A stretch of DNA of 32,950 nt from Octopus bimaculoides (GCF_001194135.2 NC_068988.1:57805154-57838103), one strand, 5' to 3'. Counted from the first letter of the stretch, positions 10,422 through 21,519 are shown. Notes: generated from the letters alone by a model not told the origin. Made by a program: numbers and translations.

Positions 10422-10708
10422 TATAAATATATATATATATAGGTTCTGGCAGTCTAATGGCACAACTCCAACTCAGTCAACAGTGTTGTCTGAGTTTTAG
10501 TTAAAGCTACAGCTTTAATAAGTCTGTTCAGAGTTGCTTCTCTTCAATGTTTCCCATCCGTAATGGCTAAAGAGCTAGAAACACATCTGGGAATCTGTCA
10601 GGATGCAGCACTGAACAAATATGGGGATTTTACAAACATATTTTTAACTAACCTGAAGTTCACTTATGCCTAAACACTGTTTGGTACCGATAATGCTGTA
10701 ATATATCC

Positions 10709-10709
<1 letters not shown>

Positions 10710-10747
<38 letters not shown>

Positions 10748-10977
10748 TGTGTGCGTGTGTGTGTGTGAGTGAGTATGTGTGTGTGAGTATGTGTGAATGA
10801 GTGTGTGTGTGTGAGTGTGTGTATGTGTGTGTGAGTGTGTGAGTATCTGTGTGTGTGAGTGTGTGAGTGTGTGTGTGTGAGTGTGTGTGAGTGTGTGTGT
10901 GTGAGTGTGTGTGAGAGTGTATGTGTGTATGTGTGTGTGGGTGTTTGTGTGTGTGAGCATGTGTGAGTGTGTATGTT

Positions 10978-11013
<36 letters not shown>

Positions 11014-11022
11014 TGTGTGTGT
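10710..11022. repeat. (GT)n/(GAGT) compound microsatellite
   Basis: Directly visible. Confidence 0.95.
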
Positions 11023-11973
11023 CATTTGATATTTTGAACATGAATGATTGACTGATAATACACAGCATGCTATGGAAGCTCATCCAACCATTGTATTATC
11101 AGAGGCATGAAACTTAGAATAGTTGCATTTAAATCTTGTGTATACAAAACAATGTTTACTTTTCACTCCAGTAATGGAACTGCACACCACATGCACACAG
11201 ATGCCTGCACACACACACACATGTGTGCATTTGGATTTACAACCAGGAAAAGAGTAGTCAATGTTTGTAGACTGTGTTAATTTATTCAAAGCAGACAAAG
11301 CTCTGTTGCTGTGAAAGACAAATGAAAAACTGAGCAGCAATGTTGGATAGCCTTAGCTTCAAATCCATAAATACAAAAGTGAGTGGGGATAGCCAGCATT
11401 CCGCAGATGGATGCATGCATGTATGCATATATGCATGTATATATGATGGAAGTCCATTTGTGACCAAGTACAACTCCTTCCTAGACTCAGTAAGTCCTTG
11501 CAAACATTCCAAGACTCCAAAAACTTCCTATGTGTGAATTTGTTTTGAGTGGATAATGTTTGGCACAGCATGGAACCGACTTTTCAGTGCAATCAACTAT
11601 AAAACCAGTGGTACAACAGAGGTTGAGACGACCAGAGACCAACTTGCACTTCTGGCTTTTTATTCAAGTTTACCTTCTCCTTGAAAGAATTCTAACAAGA
11701 AATAGGGGTCCTTCACTCCCATTGGCTCACATGCTTGTTAACCCATAGCCAGGATTCTGAAAAGTGCTATTAAGGGTCAGAGTAGACCTGGGGAAAATAG
11801 GGGATAAGCAGTAGTCACATACTCCTCAAAACACACATACATACATATTTACATACATACATACATACATACATAAACACACGCACACATACATAAACAC
11901 ACACACATAGACACACACACACACACACACACACACATACGTACATACACACAAATAACAAACTCCTTCGTAG

Positions 11974-12210
11974 TATTTATTTCATTATTGCCAACAGGGG
12001 GCTAAACATAGAGGGGACAAACAAGGACAGACAAAGGGAATAAGTCGATTACATCGACCCCAGTGTGTAACTGGTACTTAATTTATCGACCCCGAAAGGA
12101 TGAAAGGCAAAGTCAACCTCAGCAGAATTTGAACTCAGAACGTAACGGCAGATGAAATACTGCTAAGCACTTCACCCAGCGTGCTTATGATTCTGCCAGC
12201 TCACCGCCTT
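11974..12210 (-). mobile_element. SINE family B, well preserved full-length copy
   Basis: Minus strand reads AAGGCGGTGAGCTGGCAGAATCATAAGCACGCTGGG...GTTCTGAGTTCAAATTCTG...CTTTCGGGGTCGATAAATTAAGTACCAG...TGGCAATAATGAAATAAATA. Confidence 0.9.
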
Positions 12211-12985
12211 ACTCCGTAGCAGTATTGATCCATCAAAATGACAGTAAAAAATACCTGCCAAAGTACTGCCAAATTGAATTGAACTCTAAAGTACATGGTT
12301 GCAGAACGGTCTTATTAACCACATGGCTATGCCTGCTGTACACCCCTCATCCTCACTCTCATTCACATACACATATAAATATACATATACATGTGTGCAA
12401 AGAGAGAGAGGGTGTGTGTGACACAGACAGAGCATCTTAAAAATTCAGTGATTAAACTAGACTGATTCCAGTTTTGAGTGATTGGAAGAGATTCAAATGT
12501 TGGATTTATTGAGCGAGATTATTTTTGAGTTAATCCAATAATTATTAGCTATAAATGCTGATTAGTTAGAAGTAAATTCTAATTATTATTTCTAAGCTGT
12601 TCCTTAATCTCTCCAAACCTTAATCCTCTTATAAAAACAAGAAGAAGAAATAAAAGTAGTAGAAAGCAAAGAAGGAAAAAATTAAACCTTCCTACAATCC
12701 AAGAATATTTAGTAAGCAGTGGAACACCAAATGAAAGTTTATGCAAATAACTATTTATAAGTTTTGAAATTCAGTAATAATATGGAAACAAACATGATAA
12801 CTGGTGAGTTAAGAAACTGACGGACTGGATTCTGGGGGACTGCAAAAGAAACAAGAAAATAAAGAAGACTGAGAGATGAATGAAATAGATCTGATGAAAA
12901 CTGGAGATTGGTAACCCGAAAACTGAAAGTTGTGGAGAAATGAAAAGGAAGTTATTTACTTAGCATTGGGAAATAAAAGACTCAT

Positions 12986-13033
12986 TTGATTGATTGATTG
13001 ATTGATTGACTGATTGATTGATTGATTGATTGA
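12986..13033. repeat. (GATT)n microsatellite
   Basis: Directly visible. Confidence 0.95.
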
Positions 13034-13104
13034 ATAATCTAAAGGTGTGATGTGAAGTGGTAGAAAACTGGAGCTACAGAATTTATTGTTGGTAACAAAG
13101 TATT

Positions 13105-13551
13105 TTCTCTCTCTCTATTTATGCTTTTCTTTCTCTCTATCTCTTTCTTTCTCTCTACTGCTTTCTCTCTCTCCCCCTGCCCTACCTCCCCTTCCCCTAT
13201 CTCCCTCCCTCTTTCTCCCCCTTCCTTCTCTCCCCTTCTCTCTGCCCCCTTTTTCTCTCCATGTGTCTTTTCCTTTGTCATTCTCACCTCTCTTGTTTTC
13301 TATTCCTGTCTCATTAGCTTTCTCTTTTTCTCTTTTCCTCTCTCACTCTCCTCCCCGACCCCACCTTGTAATCTTGTGCTTGTTCTCTCACTCTCTCTTA
13401 TAGCATCTCCCTCATTCTCACGTTCTCTTGCTCACATCCTCACTCTCTCTTGCAATCTCTTCCTTACTCTCCCACCCTTGCTCTTTCTTTCTATTTCCAC
13501 CTCCCTCTCTCCCATCCCTCTCTCTCTCTCTCTCTCTCTCTCCTTCTTTCT
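13105..13551. repeat. ~450-bp CT-rich polypyrimidine low-complexity tract
   Basis: Directly visible; explains the S/L/P/F-rich and E/R/G/K-rich ORFs. Confidence 0.9.
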
Positions 13552-13644
13552 ATAAAAAAGACCAATTGTATGATGCAAATGTCCAAAAATATAATGTGTA
13601 TTTACTGAATGGACAATGGCTGTAGATAAATTATATGACACAGA

Positions 13645-13834
13645 TGCCAGTGGCACATAAAAAGCACCCACTACACTCTCAGAGTGGTTGGCATTAGGAA
13701 GGGCATCCAACAATAGAAACCTTGCCAGATCAGATTGAAACCTGGTGCAGCCTCCTGGCTTGCCAGTCCTTAGTCAAACTGTCCAACCCATGCCAGTATG
13801 GAAAGCGGACGTTAAACAATGATGACGATGATGA
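13645..13834 (+). mobile_element. RTE-LINE 3' UTR fragment
   Basis: GCACCCACTACACTCTCAGAGTGGTTGGCATTAGGAAGGGCATCC...GGAAAGCGGACGTTAAAC then GATGA. Confidence 0.9.
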
Positions 13835-14562
13835 AGAGAGAGGGGTGAATTTGACTGATATAATACAAAAGGATTATTGATACAGTTTTTAAAAAAACAG
13901 CGTTACAATCCCTTAAGAACTGATAGAAATGGTGGCACTACATGCATTACCCTACATTTCAGCTCACAGTAAGGGAGGGACATCCTTTGCAACCTCAGTT
14001 TCACAAACCTTAACATCTCTCTTGTTCCTAAAACCCATTTTCATCATTATTCTTAACACTGATTGGTTCTAGCTTTTTAAGATGGCTTGGAATAAAACTG
14101 ATTCTTAAGGATGACTTAGGATAAACTAAACCTTTGAAATTTCTCTCAAATAAAGGATCCAACATGAACCATTAGATTCCTTCTCTCCTCTATAAGTAGA
14201 AAAGCCATATGTGTAGGTAAGTGCACTGAGTGAAAATACTACAATAGATGATTAGTGATAAGAAATGAGTTGGATGCAGAGGATATCAGTTCAGTGGAGG
14301 AGGAAGTGAAAGAAATAGGGCAAGTCAGAAGATTTCTGGATGAGTAAGTGTTAAAAGATGAGGTGTGGGGAAGGCTGAATTCTGCTGAGATGGATGGGTC
14401 TTCTTAAGCACGGCATATCGTTATTCACCTCAGTCCCCACTCCCCATCATCTTTGCTAATTTTTTGTTGTTACAAATTGTCGAAGCAGACCTATCATTTG
14501 TTTATACAACAGATTCTAGAATTTACCTTTGAAATTTCAGTCTCACTGACAAAATTATTTAA

Positions 14563-15270
14563 CCCTTTAGCATTTAATCCAGTCATATCCAGCCTAAATA
14601 TTCTACCTGTGTTATGTTAAAACTGACAAGATCCAAACTCTCATACCTACCCTACTATGTCATACTAAGAATATAAACAATCACATCAGCAAAATCTGAA
14701 AGTTACAAGAGTTAACGGTTCCTCATGAAGATAATATGGATGCCGGGCGGGCTCGAAAGATTGACTGTTATGTAAACCTCTTTGAGAAATGTAAAGACGC
14801 AGGCTGGAATGTGGAGCATTTGCCAGTCGAAGTTGGATGTAGAGGGTTTGTAGGACACAGTGTGAGATGAGTGCTGTTATCGTTAGGCCTAACTCATCGT
14901 AAGGTAAATACCACCATGAGTGGTATCCAAACTACAGTGGAGAAGGCCAGCCACTGGATTTGGTTAAAAAGAGACGATGAGCGGTGGCTAGAGAAATATT
15001 GAGCTTTGTTTTTAATAACCAGTTGATCTAGCAAGTGGGGCCTCATATCAGTGAAGGGGACCGGTGCGCATTGATGCCGTCGAGAGGTAGGCTCCGAAAC
15101 GGTGTGCATTCTCTCCAGGTGACCCCATACACTTGCTGGCTTCCAGTATGCAGAGTTCTCGACTAGTAGCACTTGTATGTGCGAGTTGTTTGCAAGACAT
15201 CTATGATTAATTTGAAACAATGTGAATAAATATGCATTACATTTGACAGAATAACCTAAATGCTAAAGGA
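14563..15270. mobile_element. piggyBac-like MITE (TTAA TSD), ~215 bp of its own sequence, interrupted by a Hero LINE
   Basis: TTAA (14559-62) then CCCTTTAGCATTT; right end AAATGCTAAAGGA then TTAA (15271-74). TIR 12/13 identical. TTAA plus CCC ends is the piggyBac signature. Confidence 0.8.
14709..15202 (+). mobile_element. 5'-truncated Hero-clade non-LTR retrotransposon: restriction-like endonuclease C-terminus plus 3' UTR
   Basis: 14709-15002 translates as ELTVPHEDNMDAGRARKIDCYVNLFEKCKDAGWNVEHLPVEVGCRGFVGHSVR*VLLSLGLTHRKVNTTMSGIQTTVEKASHWIWLKRDDERWLEKY*. ELTVP, RK..Y, GW, PVEVGCRGF and ASxWxWLKR are motifs I recognise from Hero-type RLE LINEs. One in-frame stop at 14868. Confidence 0.85.
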
Positions 15271-15753
15271 TTAAGTCAAGAATGCATAAGAAAAGTGACA
15301 AAGGTACTGACCAGAATTGCATATTCTAGGCATGTTCAGTGAACGCTATCACACACCCACCAAAAATGATAAATTTTCTATATAATAATTCTATTCTTAA
15401 ACTATCCTGATATAATCTGGACATAATTTGTTTTTGAAATCTAATAACACTCTGAAACAAAGATTAAGTCAGGTTTAAGTTGTATTATCTACAGAATCTG
15501 TATAAAGATGTGCACATTTATACTTAAGCCACAATAGTAAGTTCTGCATTGAAACACACCCTTACACAACCACCACAATATGCTACTGACACCAGTTTGC
15601 TCAACCCATGCTATTATGATAAAACAGGTCTGATCGTCTAACTTGTACTTGTTTCAGCTTTTTATAATACAAAATGTTTTAGGCATTTTGTATTATTTTA
15701 ATTTATTACTTTTTACTTGTTTCAGTCATTAGATTGCAGCAGACATAAAAACA

Positions 15754-15786
<33 letters not shown>

Positions 15787-15791
15787 GTATA

Positions 15792-15981
15792 TATCCTTTT
15801 CTACTCTAGGCACAAGGCCCGAAATTTTGGGTACATAACTGGTACTTAATTTATTGACCTTGAAAAGATGAAAGGCAAAGTCAACCTTGGTGGAATTTGA
15901 ACTCAGAACATAAAAACAGATGAAATACTGTTAAGCATTTCGCCTGGCATTGCTAACTTTTTTGTGCCAACTCCCTGCTTT
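15792..15981 (-). mobile_element. SINE family B with alternative 3' tail
   Basis: TGAAAGGCAAAGTCAACCTTGGTGGAATTTGAACTCAGAAC as in other B copies; tail (revcomp) AAAATTTCGGGCCTTGTGCCTAGAGTAGAAAAGGAT resembles the tail of 4847-5062. Confidence 0.85.
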
Positions 15982-16030
15982 AATGATGGCATATATCATT
16001 AAATATACATTGTCATTAAATTATCATAAC

Positions 16031-16262
16031 CATCATCATCATCATCATCATCATTGTCATCATTTAACATTCATTTTCCATGCTAGCATGAGTTAAACAG
16101 TTTGACAGGATCTGACAAGCCACACAGTTGCATCAAGCTCCAATGTTGGCTTTGGCATGATTTCTATAGCTGGATACCCTTCCTAATGCCAGTCACTTTT
16201 TAGTGTGTAATGGATGCTTTTTTTTTTCATGACACTTGCAAGGTCACCAAAGTAACTTGGAA
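16031..16262 (-). mobile_element. RTE-type 3' UTR fragment
   Basis: (CAT)n followed by TTTAACATTCATTTTCCATGCTAGCATG and CTGGATACCCTTCCTAATGCC. Confidence 0.8.
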
Positions 16263-16727
16263 ACACCTGCTCTGTTTTTCTATCTACCCAGGCATTCCAT
16301 TATTTAACAAACACCAAAAACATGCTACCATTTTAACTGATTTTTGCTGAAATTTCTGTTTATTTTGGGTTTAAATTTGAAGTGGTTTTTCTTGTTCATG
16401 AAAGATTTTAAGCATGATTTTTAAACAATATTTTTTTTTATAAATTTTATAAATTTTTAATAAATTTTTCTTATAAATTAAGATACTTCTGTTGCTACTG
16501 TTGTTTATCTCATTATTTTTGTTGTTGCTTAGCTCCAGATCAATCCTGATTAGATAGTCTTTTAATCAAAGGTTTTGTTTCAATCTTGGTGAGTACTTAT
16601 TCACATTTCCCTCAGCCATGGGGTGAGGTTATGTATGGGTGTGGTCCAAGAGTTCAGTGTTGTTCAACAGCTGCTTACTGAACAATGGCATTTATGAAAT
16701 GGCACTAGGGACACACATTCTTTAGAG

Positions 16728-17747
16728 CAGGGGTCAGGAAATCATTTTAACCAATTATCCCAAAATATATTGATTTACACCAATGTTACCCCGCTTGATT
16801 CGAAAGGAAGAAAATAGGTTTATTGAATCTATTTATATGGAGAATACAATTATAAATATAGAAAGTATAAAACAAATACGATAAAATAAATATCCTCATT
16901 ATGAAACAAAAGGAGTTTTCTAGAAACGTTTTCACTTCAGATTTCAGAAAAATGATGTTGTTTCATTTTTGTTGAAATTACATCAAAATTGGGGCATTTT
17001 GAAGCCAGAGCAATTTAGATACAGTCTTTGCGGTCCAATCAATTTTGTTAAAGGGTTGAAATGAATAACTATTTAAATCTGCTTAAACCAAGCAAAAACA
17101 CCTGTGTCAAAAAATAAGGTTAAAGCAGGTAATAGACAACTGACAAATAATATGCTTAGTCACTAGACAATGCTTTAGCAACCAAATTGTTTGTAGTTCA
17201 AAATGGTGTGATGTCTGCTAAACACATCCATTACATTGGACTGATGCAGTGTTGTCAGAAGAAAAATTTCTGTCATAAGAAGGAACATGTTTTTTATATA
17301 ATTTTACTTATGTCTAAGTGGAGGCGCAATGGCCCAGTGGTTAGGGCAGCGGACTCGTGGTCATAAGATCGCGGTTTCGATTCCCTGACCAGGTGTTGTA
17401 AGTGTTTATTGAGCGAAAACACCTAAAGCTGCACGGGACTCCGGCAGGGGATGGTGGCAAACCCTGCTGTACTCTTTCACCACAACTTTCTCTCACTCTT
17501 ACTTCCTGTTTCTGTTGTGCCTGTAATTCAAAGGGTCAGCCTTGTCACACTGTGTCACGTTGAATATCCCCGAGAACTACATTAAGGGTACACATGTCTG
17601 TGAAGTGCTCAGCCACTTGCAAGTTAATTTCATGAGTAGGCTGTTCCGTCGATCGGATCAACTGGAACACTCGACGTCGGAACTACCCCACAAGAATTTC
17701 ATTTTTACCCCACTTGGAGTAATTTACCCCAGTTTGCTGACCCCCTA
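16728..17747. mobile_element. Non-autonomous hAT (Charlie-like) element with 8-bp TSD, containing a SINE insertion
   Basis: Left end CAGGGGTCAGGAAA; right end (revcomp) TAGGGGGTCAGCAAA. Flanks CTTTAGAG (16720-27) and CTTTAAAG (17748-55) are 7/8 identical and fit the NTNTANAN hAT target pattern. Repeated subterminal TACCCC motifs. Confidence 0.8.
17320..17683 (+). mobile_element. tRNA-derived SINE family C, tail type Y, nested in the hAT element
   Basis: A-box TGGCCCAGTGG and B-box GGTTTCGATTCCC. 5' ~180 bp shared with 4045-4224; 3' ~165 bp shared with 28549-28700. Confidence 0.9.
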
Positions 17748-18101
17748 CTTTAAAGGGACTTAGGCCATTGCAGCCTCCCCACCCCTGCTTTAGGGTTGAG
17801 GAGAGCAATGAATCAGTTGCTTGTTTGACACCATTGAAGAAGGAAATAGGAAAACTTATACAAATAATGTTTACAAACAAATCTTGAGTATTTAGGACAC
17901 TGAACTCTGAAATCAATGATGTATGGAGTAAGGAAATGAATGTATGCATTGCCTTAGCATATCTTGGGCTACATTATTCAACGTATCCTTCTTTAGAAAG
18001 CAAGTGATAGCTGGGTAGTTTGAAGGAAATTTGGCAAATATTTCTATGATATTAGTAACAAAAGTAAAGTGAAGAGACCAATTTGCATATTTAACATAAT
18101 G

Positions 18102-18420
18102 GTAAAAAACACCATTTGAGCGTGGCTGTTGCCAGTACAGCCTGACTGGCCCTCGTGCTGGTGGCACGTAAAAGCACCCACTACACTCTTGGATTGGTTG
18201 GTGTTAGGAAGGGCATCCAGCTATAGAAACTCTGCCAGATCAGATTAGAGCCTGGTGTAGCCATTTGGTTCGCCAGTCTTCAGTCAAATCGTCCAACCCA
18301 TGCTAGCATGGAAAGCGGAAGTTAAACGATGATGATGAGGAGGAGGATGATGATGATGAGGAGGAGGATGATGATGAGGAGGAGGAGGATGAGGAGGATG
18401 ATGAGGAGGAGGATGATGAT
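18102..18420 (+). mobile_element. RTE-LINE 3' UTR fragment with expanded (GAT/GAG)n tail
   Basis: Close match to 19770-20001 and to the revcomp of 6564-6850. Confidence 0.9.
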
Positions 18421-18733
18421 GTACGAATGGTTTTTTTTTTTCATGTATTAGAATACTTTCTAGAAGGATAGAGCTGGTTCCTTACAAAGAAACAAATCTC
18501 CATTGCTGGAATTTTATAACAATGGCAAGTATTATATGTTGAACTTTTGAAAAGTCTTGCATATATTTATGGTTCCTCTTACAGACTGTATTTGTGAAGT
18601 GCATGCTAACCGATTTTTTACTTTACTTGAAAATCCTAGCTTTTACAGACTGAAATTTAGACATTAAAAATACCAAATACACCAAAAATGTAAATTTGTA
18701 ATCAGGATAGAGTAACTGCAGGTTTCAAAGTAG

Positions 18734-19092
18734 TTATCTTTCATCTTTTATTTCTTTCAGTAACTAGGCTGTGGCCAAGCTGGGGCACCGCCTTGATGAA
18801 TTTTAGTTGAACAAATTAACCCCAATGCTTAATATTATTTTTTTTTTAAGCCTGGTACTTATTCTATCAGTCTCTTTTGCCAGATCGCTAAGTTATGGGG
18901 ACATAAACACACCAGTACCAGCTGTCAAGCAATGGTGGGGGGAAAACACAGTCACAAAGACACACACACATGAATATATATTTGACAGGTTTCTTTCAGT
19001 TTCTGCCAACCAAAACTGCTCACAAAGCTTTGGTCAGCCTGAAGCTCTAGTAGAAGACATTTGCCCAAGGTGCCACACAGCGAGACTGAACT
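18734..19092 (-). mobile_element. SINE family A, 5'-truncated
   Basis: Reverse-complement match to family A from the 3' end to within the B-box. Confidence 0.85.
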
Positions 19093-19202
19093 GTCCATAA
19101 ATATTCTCTTTCTTACTGGTTTTGAAAGATATGTTCATATTTGCAGAGCAGCTAGCTTCTACGACTATATGCGATATTTTTCTGTCCCAAATAGTTATAA
19201 TA

Positions 19203-20001
19203 GCCTGGGCCAAGTTTAGAGAGTTCTTACCTCTGCTGGCTACAAAGGGACTCTCACTCAGGGTAAAAGGCAGACTGTATGACGCATGTGTACGAACAGC
19301 CATGCTACATGGCAGTGAAACATGGGCTGTGACTGCTGAGGACATGCGTAAGCTCGCAAGGAATGAAGCCAGTATGCTCCGCTGGATGTGTAATGTAAAT
19401 GTGTAAGTATCTTGAGAGAAAAGCTGAACATAAGAAGCGTCAGTAGTGGTGTGCAAGAGAGACGATTGCGCTGGTTTGGACATGTGGTGAGAATGAATGA
19501 GGATAGCTGCGTGAAAAAGTGCCACTCCCTAACAGTTGAGGGAACNNNNNNNNNNNNNNNNNNNNNNNNNNNNNNNNNNNNNNNNNNNNNNNNNNNNNNN
19601 NNNNNNNNNNNNNNNNNNNNNNNNNNNNNNNNNNNNNNNNNNNNNNNNNNNNNNNNNNNNNNNNNNNNNNNNNNNNNNNNNNNNNNNGTTGCCAGTACTG
19701 CCTGACTGGCCTTGTAGGGTTTTCGAGCGAGATCGTTGCCAGTGCCCCTGGACTGGCTCTTGTGCGGGTGGCACATAAAAGACACCATTTCGAGCGTGGC
19801 CGTTTTCATGCGGGTGACACATAAAAGCACCCACTACACTCTCTGAGTGGTTGGCGTTAGGAAGGGCATCCAGCTGTAGAAACTCTGCCAAATTAGATTG
19901 GAGCCTGGTGTAGCCATCCGGTTGCACCAGTCCTCAGTCAAATCGTCCAACCCATGCTAGCATGGAAAGCGGACGTTAAACGATGATGATGATGATGATG
20001 A
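19203..20001 (+). mobile_element. 5'-truncated RTE-clade (BovB-like) LINE: frameshifted ORF C-terminus, gap, 3' UTR, (GAT)n tail
   Basis: AWAKFREFLPLLATKGLSLRVKGRLYDACVRTAMLHGSETWAVTAEDMRKLARNEASMLRWMCNV, then a frameshift near 19404, then LREKLNIRSV...QERRLRWFGHVVRMNEDSCVKKC. LxG.ETW, LRW and RRLRWFGHV.R are RTE post-RT motifs. Confidence 0.92.
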
Positions 20002-20009
20002 TATATATA

Positions 20010-20417
20010 CAGGGTGGGCCAAAAGTCATGCACCAAAACCATTTACCATTTTGTTACCTCCATCTTAGTGAAGGCAGAGGTATTGTTTGTTTGTTTGTTT
20101 GTCCATGGACAAGATATCTCAAGAACCACTGGATGGATTCGGATGAAACTTCCAGCTATGTTTGGCCTCATGACTGGCAAGAAGTGATTAGATTTTGGGA
20201 TCAACCTGGTACTCAACAAGAATTCTGGATCATTTTTCCAGTTTTTAAATTTAATATTTGAGAGCGGTTGGGTTCATTTTTAGTATTCTCATTTGTGAGA
20301 GCAGTCGAGTTTATTTCAGATATTCTCATTTTAAAAATCATCTCCAGCTAATCATTGAGAGGTCGTTAAGGTGCTTTGGTGGAGGTCTACGCTCTCTGAG
20401 TGCTCTTGTTTATATTA

Positions 20418-20451
<34 letters not shown>

Positions 20452-20579
20452 CATTTTGTCCATCATGTACAAGTACATGTGTATTCATCATTATTTTATT
20501 TTTTGGAAAAAGTGAAACATGTATTTAATAATTCCAAATGTATTGAACTTATTTTGTGATTGACTTTTGGCCCACCCTC
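20010..20579. mobile_element. Tc1/mariner-type MITE with TA TSD, interrupted by a HINE-like element
   Basis: TA-CAGGGTGGGCCAAAAGTCA at the left end versus TA-GAGGGTGGGCCAAAAGTCA (revcomp) at the right end, 18/19 identical. TA at 20008-09 and 20580-81. Confidence 0.85.
20054..20411 (+). mobile_element. Helentron-associated non-autonomous element (HINE/DINE-1-like)
   Basis: 5' TTACCTCCATC with nearby GAGGT inverted copy, (GTTT)4GTCC microsatellite, core CCACTGGATGGATTCGGATGAAACTT, 3' subTIR GGTGGAGGT (20378-86), terminal hairpin CGCTC-TCT-GAGTG and T-rich end. This is the published HINE architecture. Confidence 0.75.
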
Positions 20580-21054
20580 TATATAACTATGCATGTATAC
20601 ATGTAAGCATGTATGGGTGGATGGATGGATATGTGTATGTCTATATGTATGCATGTATGTCTGTACAACTATGTATGTATATTCAAATACATTTCTTTGC
20701 ATGCAGGTAGATGGATAGGTAGTTGAGAATGATTTTTCTTTCTATGTTTGGGTGTTCCTACATAAACAATATCAAAAACAGTCATTGCCAAAACAAAAAA
20801 AGGTGCTTTTATTGGTTTGTTTGTTTTGTGGAGGAGTTTGGAGGTGTGTGTGTGTGTGTGTGTGAAGGAATATTTAATCAGTGTATTTAATCATACAAAG
20901 TGGAGTATATGAGTATCTATCTCAGAACAAAATTCAAAAGGAATGTTCAGAATTTGTGTAATGTATATATACATATATATATATATATACTTACATATAT
21001 ATACATATACACACATATATATATATATACATACATACATTCTTACATACATGT

Positions 21055-21445
21055 ATTCTTTTCTTTTATTCTTTTACTTGTTTCAGTCATTTGACTGTGA
21101 CCATGCTGGAGCACCGCCTTTAGTTGAACAAATCAAGCCCACGACTTATTCTTTGTTAGCCTAGTACTTATTCTATTGATCTCTTTTGCCGAACCACTAT
21201 GTTATGGGGATGTAAACACACCAACATCAGTTGTCAAGAGATGGTGGAGATACAAACACAGACACAAAAATACATATATATATATATGATGGGCTTCTTT
21301 CACTTTCTGTCTACCAGATCTACTCACAAGGCTTTAGTTGGCCCAAGGCTATGGTAGGGGACACTTGCCCAACGTGCCATGCAGTGGAACTGAACCAAGA
21401 ACCATGTGGTTGGGAAGCAAGCTTCTTATCACACAACCACACCTC
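21055..21445 (-). mobile_element. SINE family A, full length
   Basis: Reverse-complement match to family A. Confidence 0.9.
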
Positions 21446-21519
21446 CTTGGTGGTGGTGGTGGTGGTGATGATGATGTTCAGGACCATGATTACAACCACT
21501 AACACCTCCACTGATTTAA

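Noticed and set aside
10501-10673. 57-codon plus-strand frame after TTTTAG (KATALISLFRVASLQCFPSVMAKELETHLGICQDAALNKYGDFTNIFLTNLKFTYA*)
   Set aside because: Length is within chance expectation and no motif is recognised; worth checking only if RNA-seq shows coverage.
14196-14222. GAAAAGCCATATGTG (EKPYV), resembling a C2H2 zinc-finger linker, next to AG|GTAAGT
   Set aside because: Followed immediately by a stop, with no CxxC or HxxxH; coincidence.
17320-17395. tRNA gene
   Set aside because: A and B boxes are present but there is no closing acceptor stem, and the sequence continues into a multi-copy SINE body.
19122-19705. Intact protein-coding gene
   Set aside because: A frameshifted, 5'-truncated RTE remnant; the first 27 codons of the listed ORF are flanking DNA.
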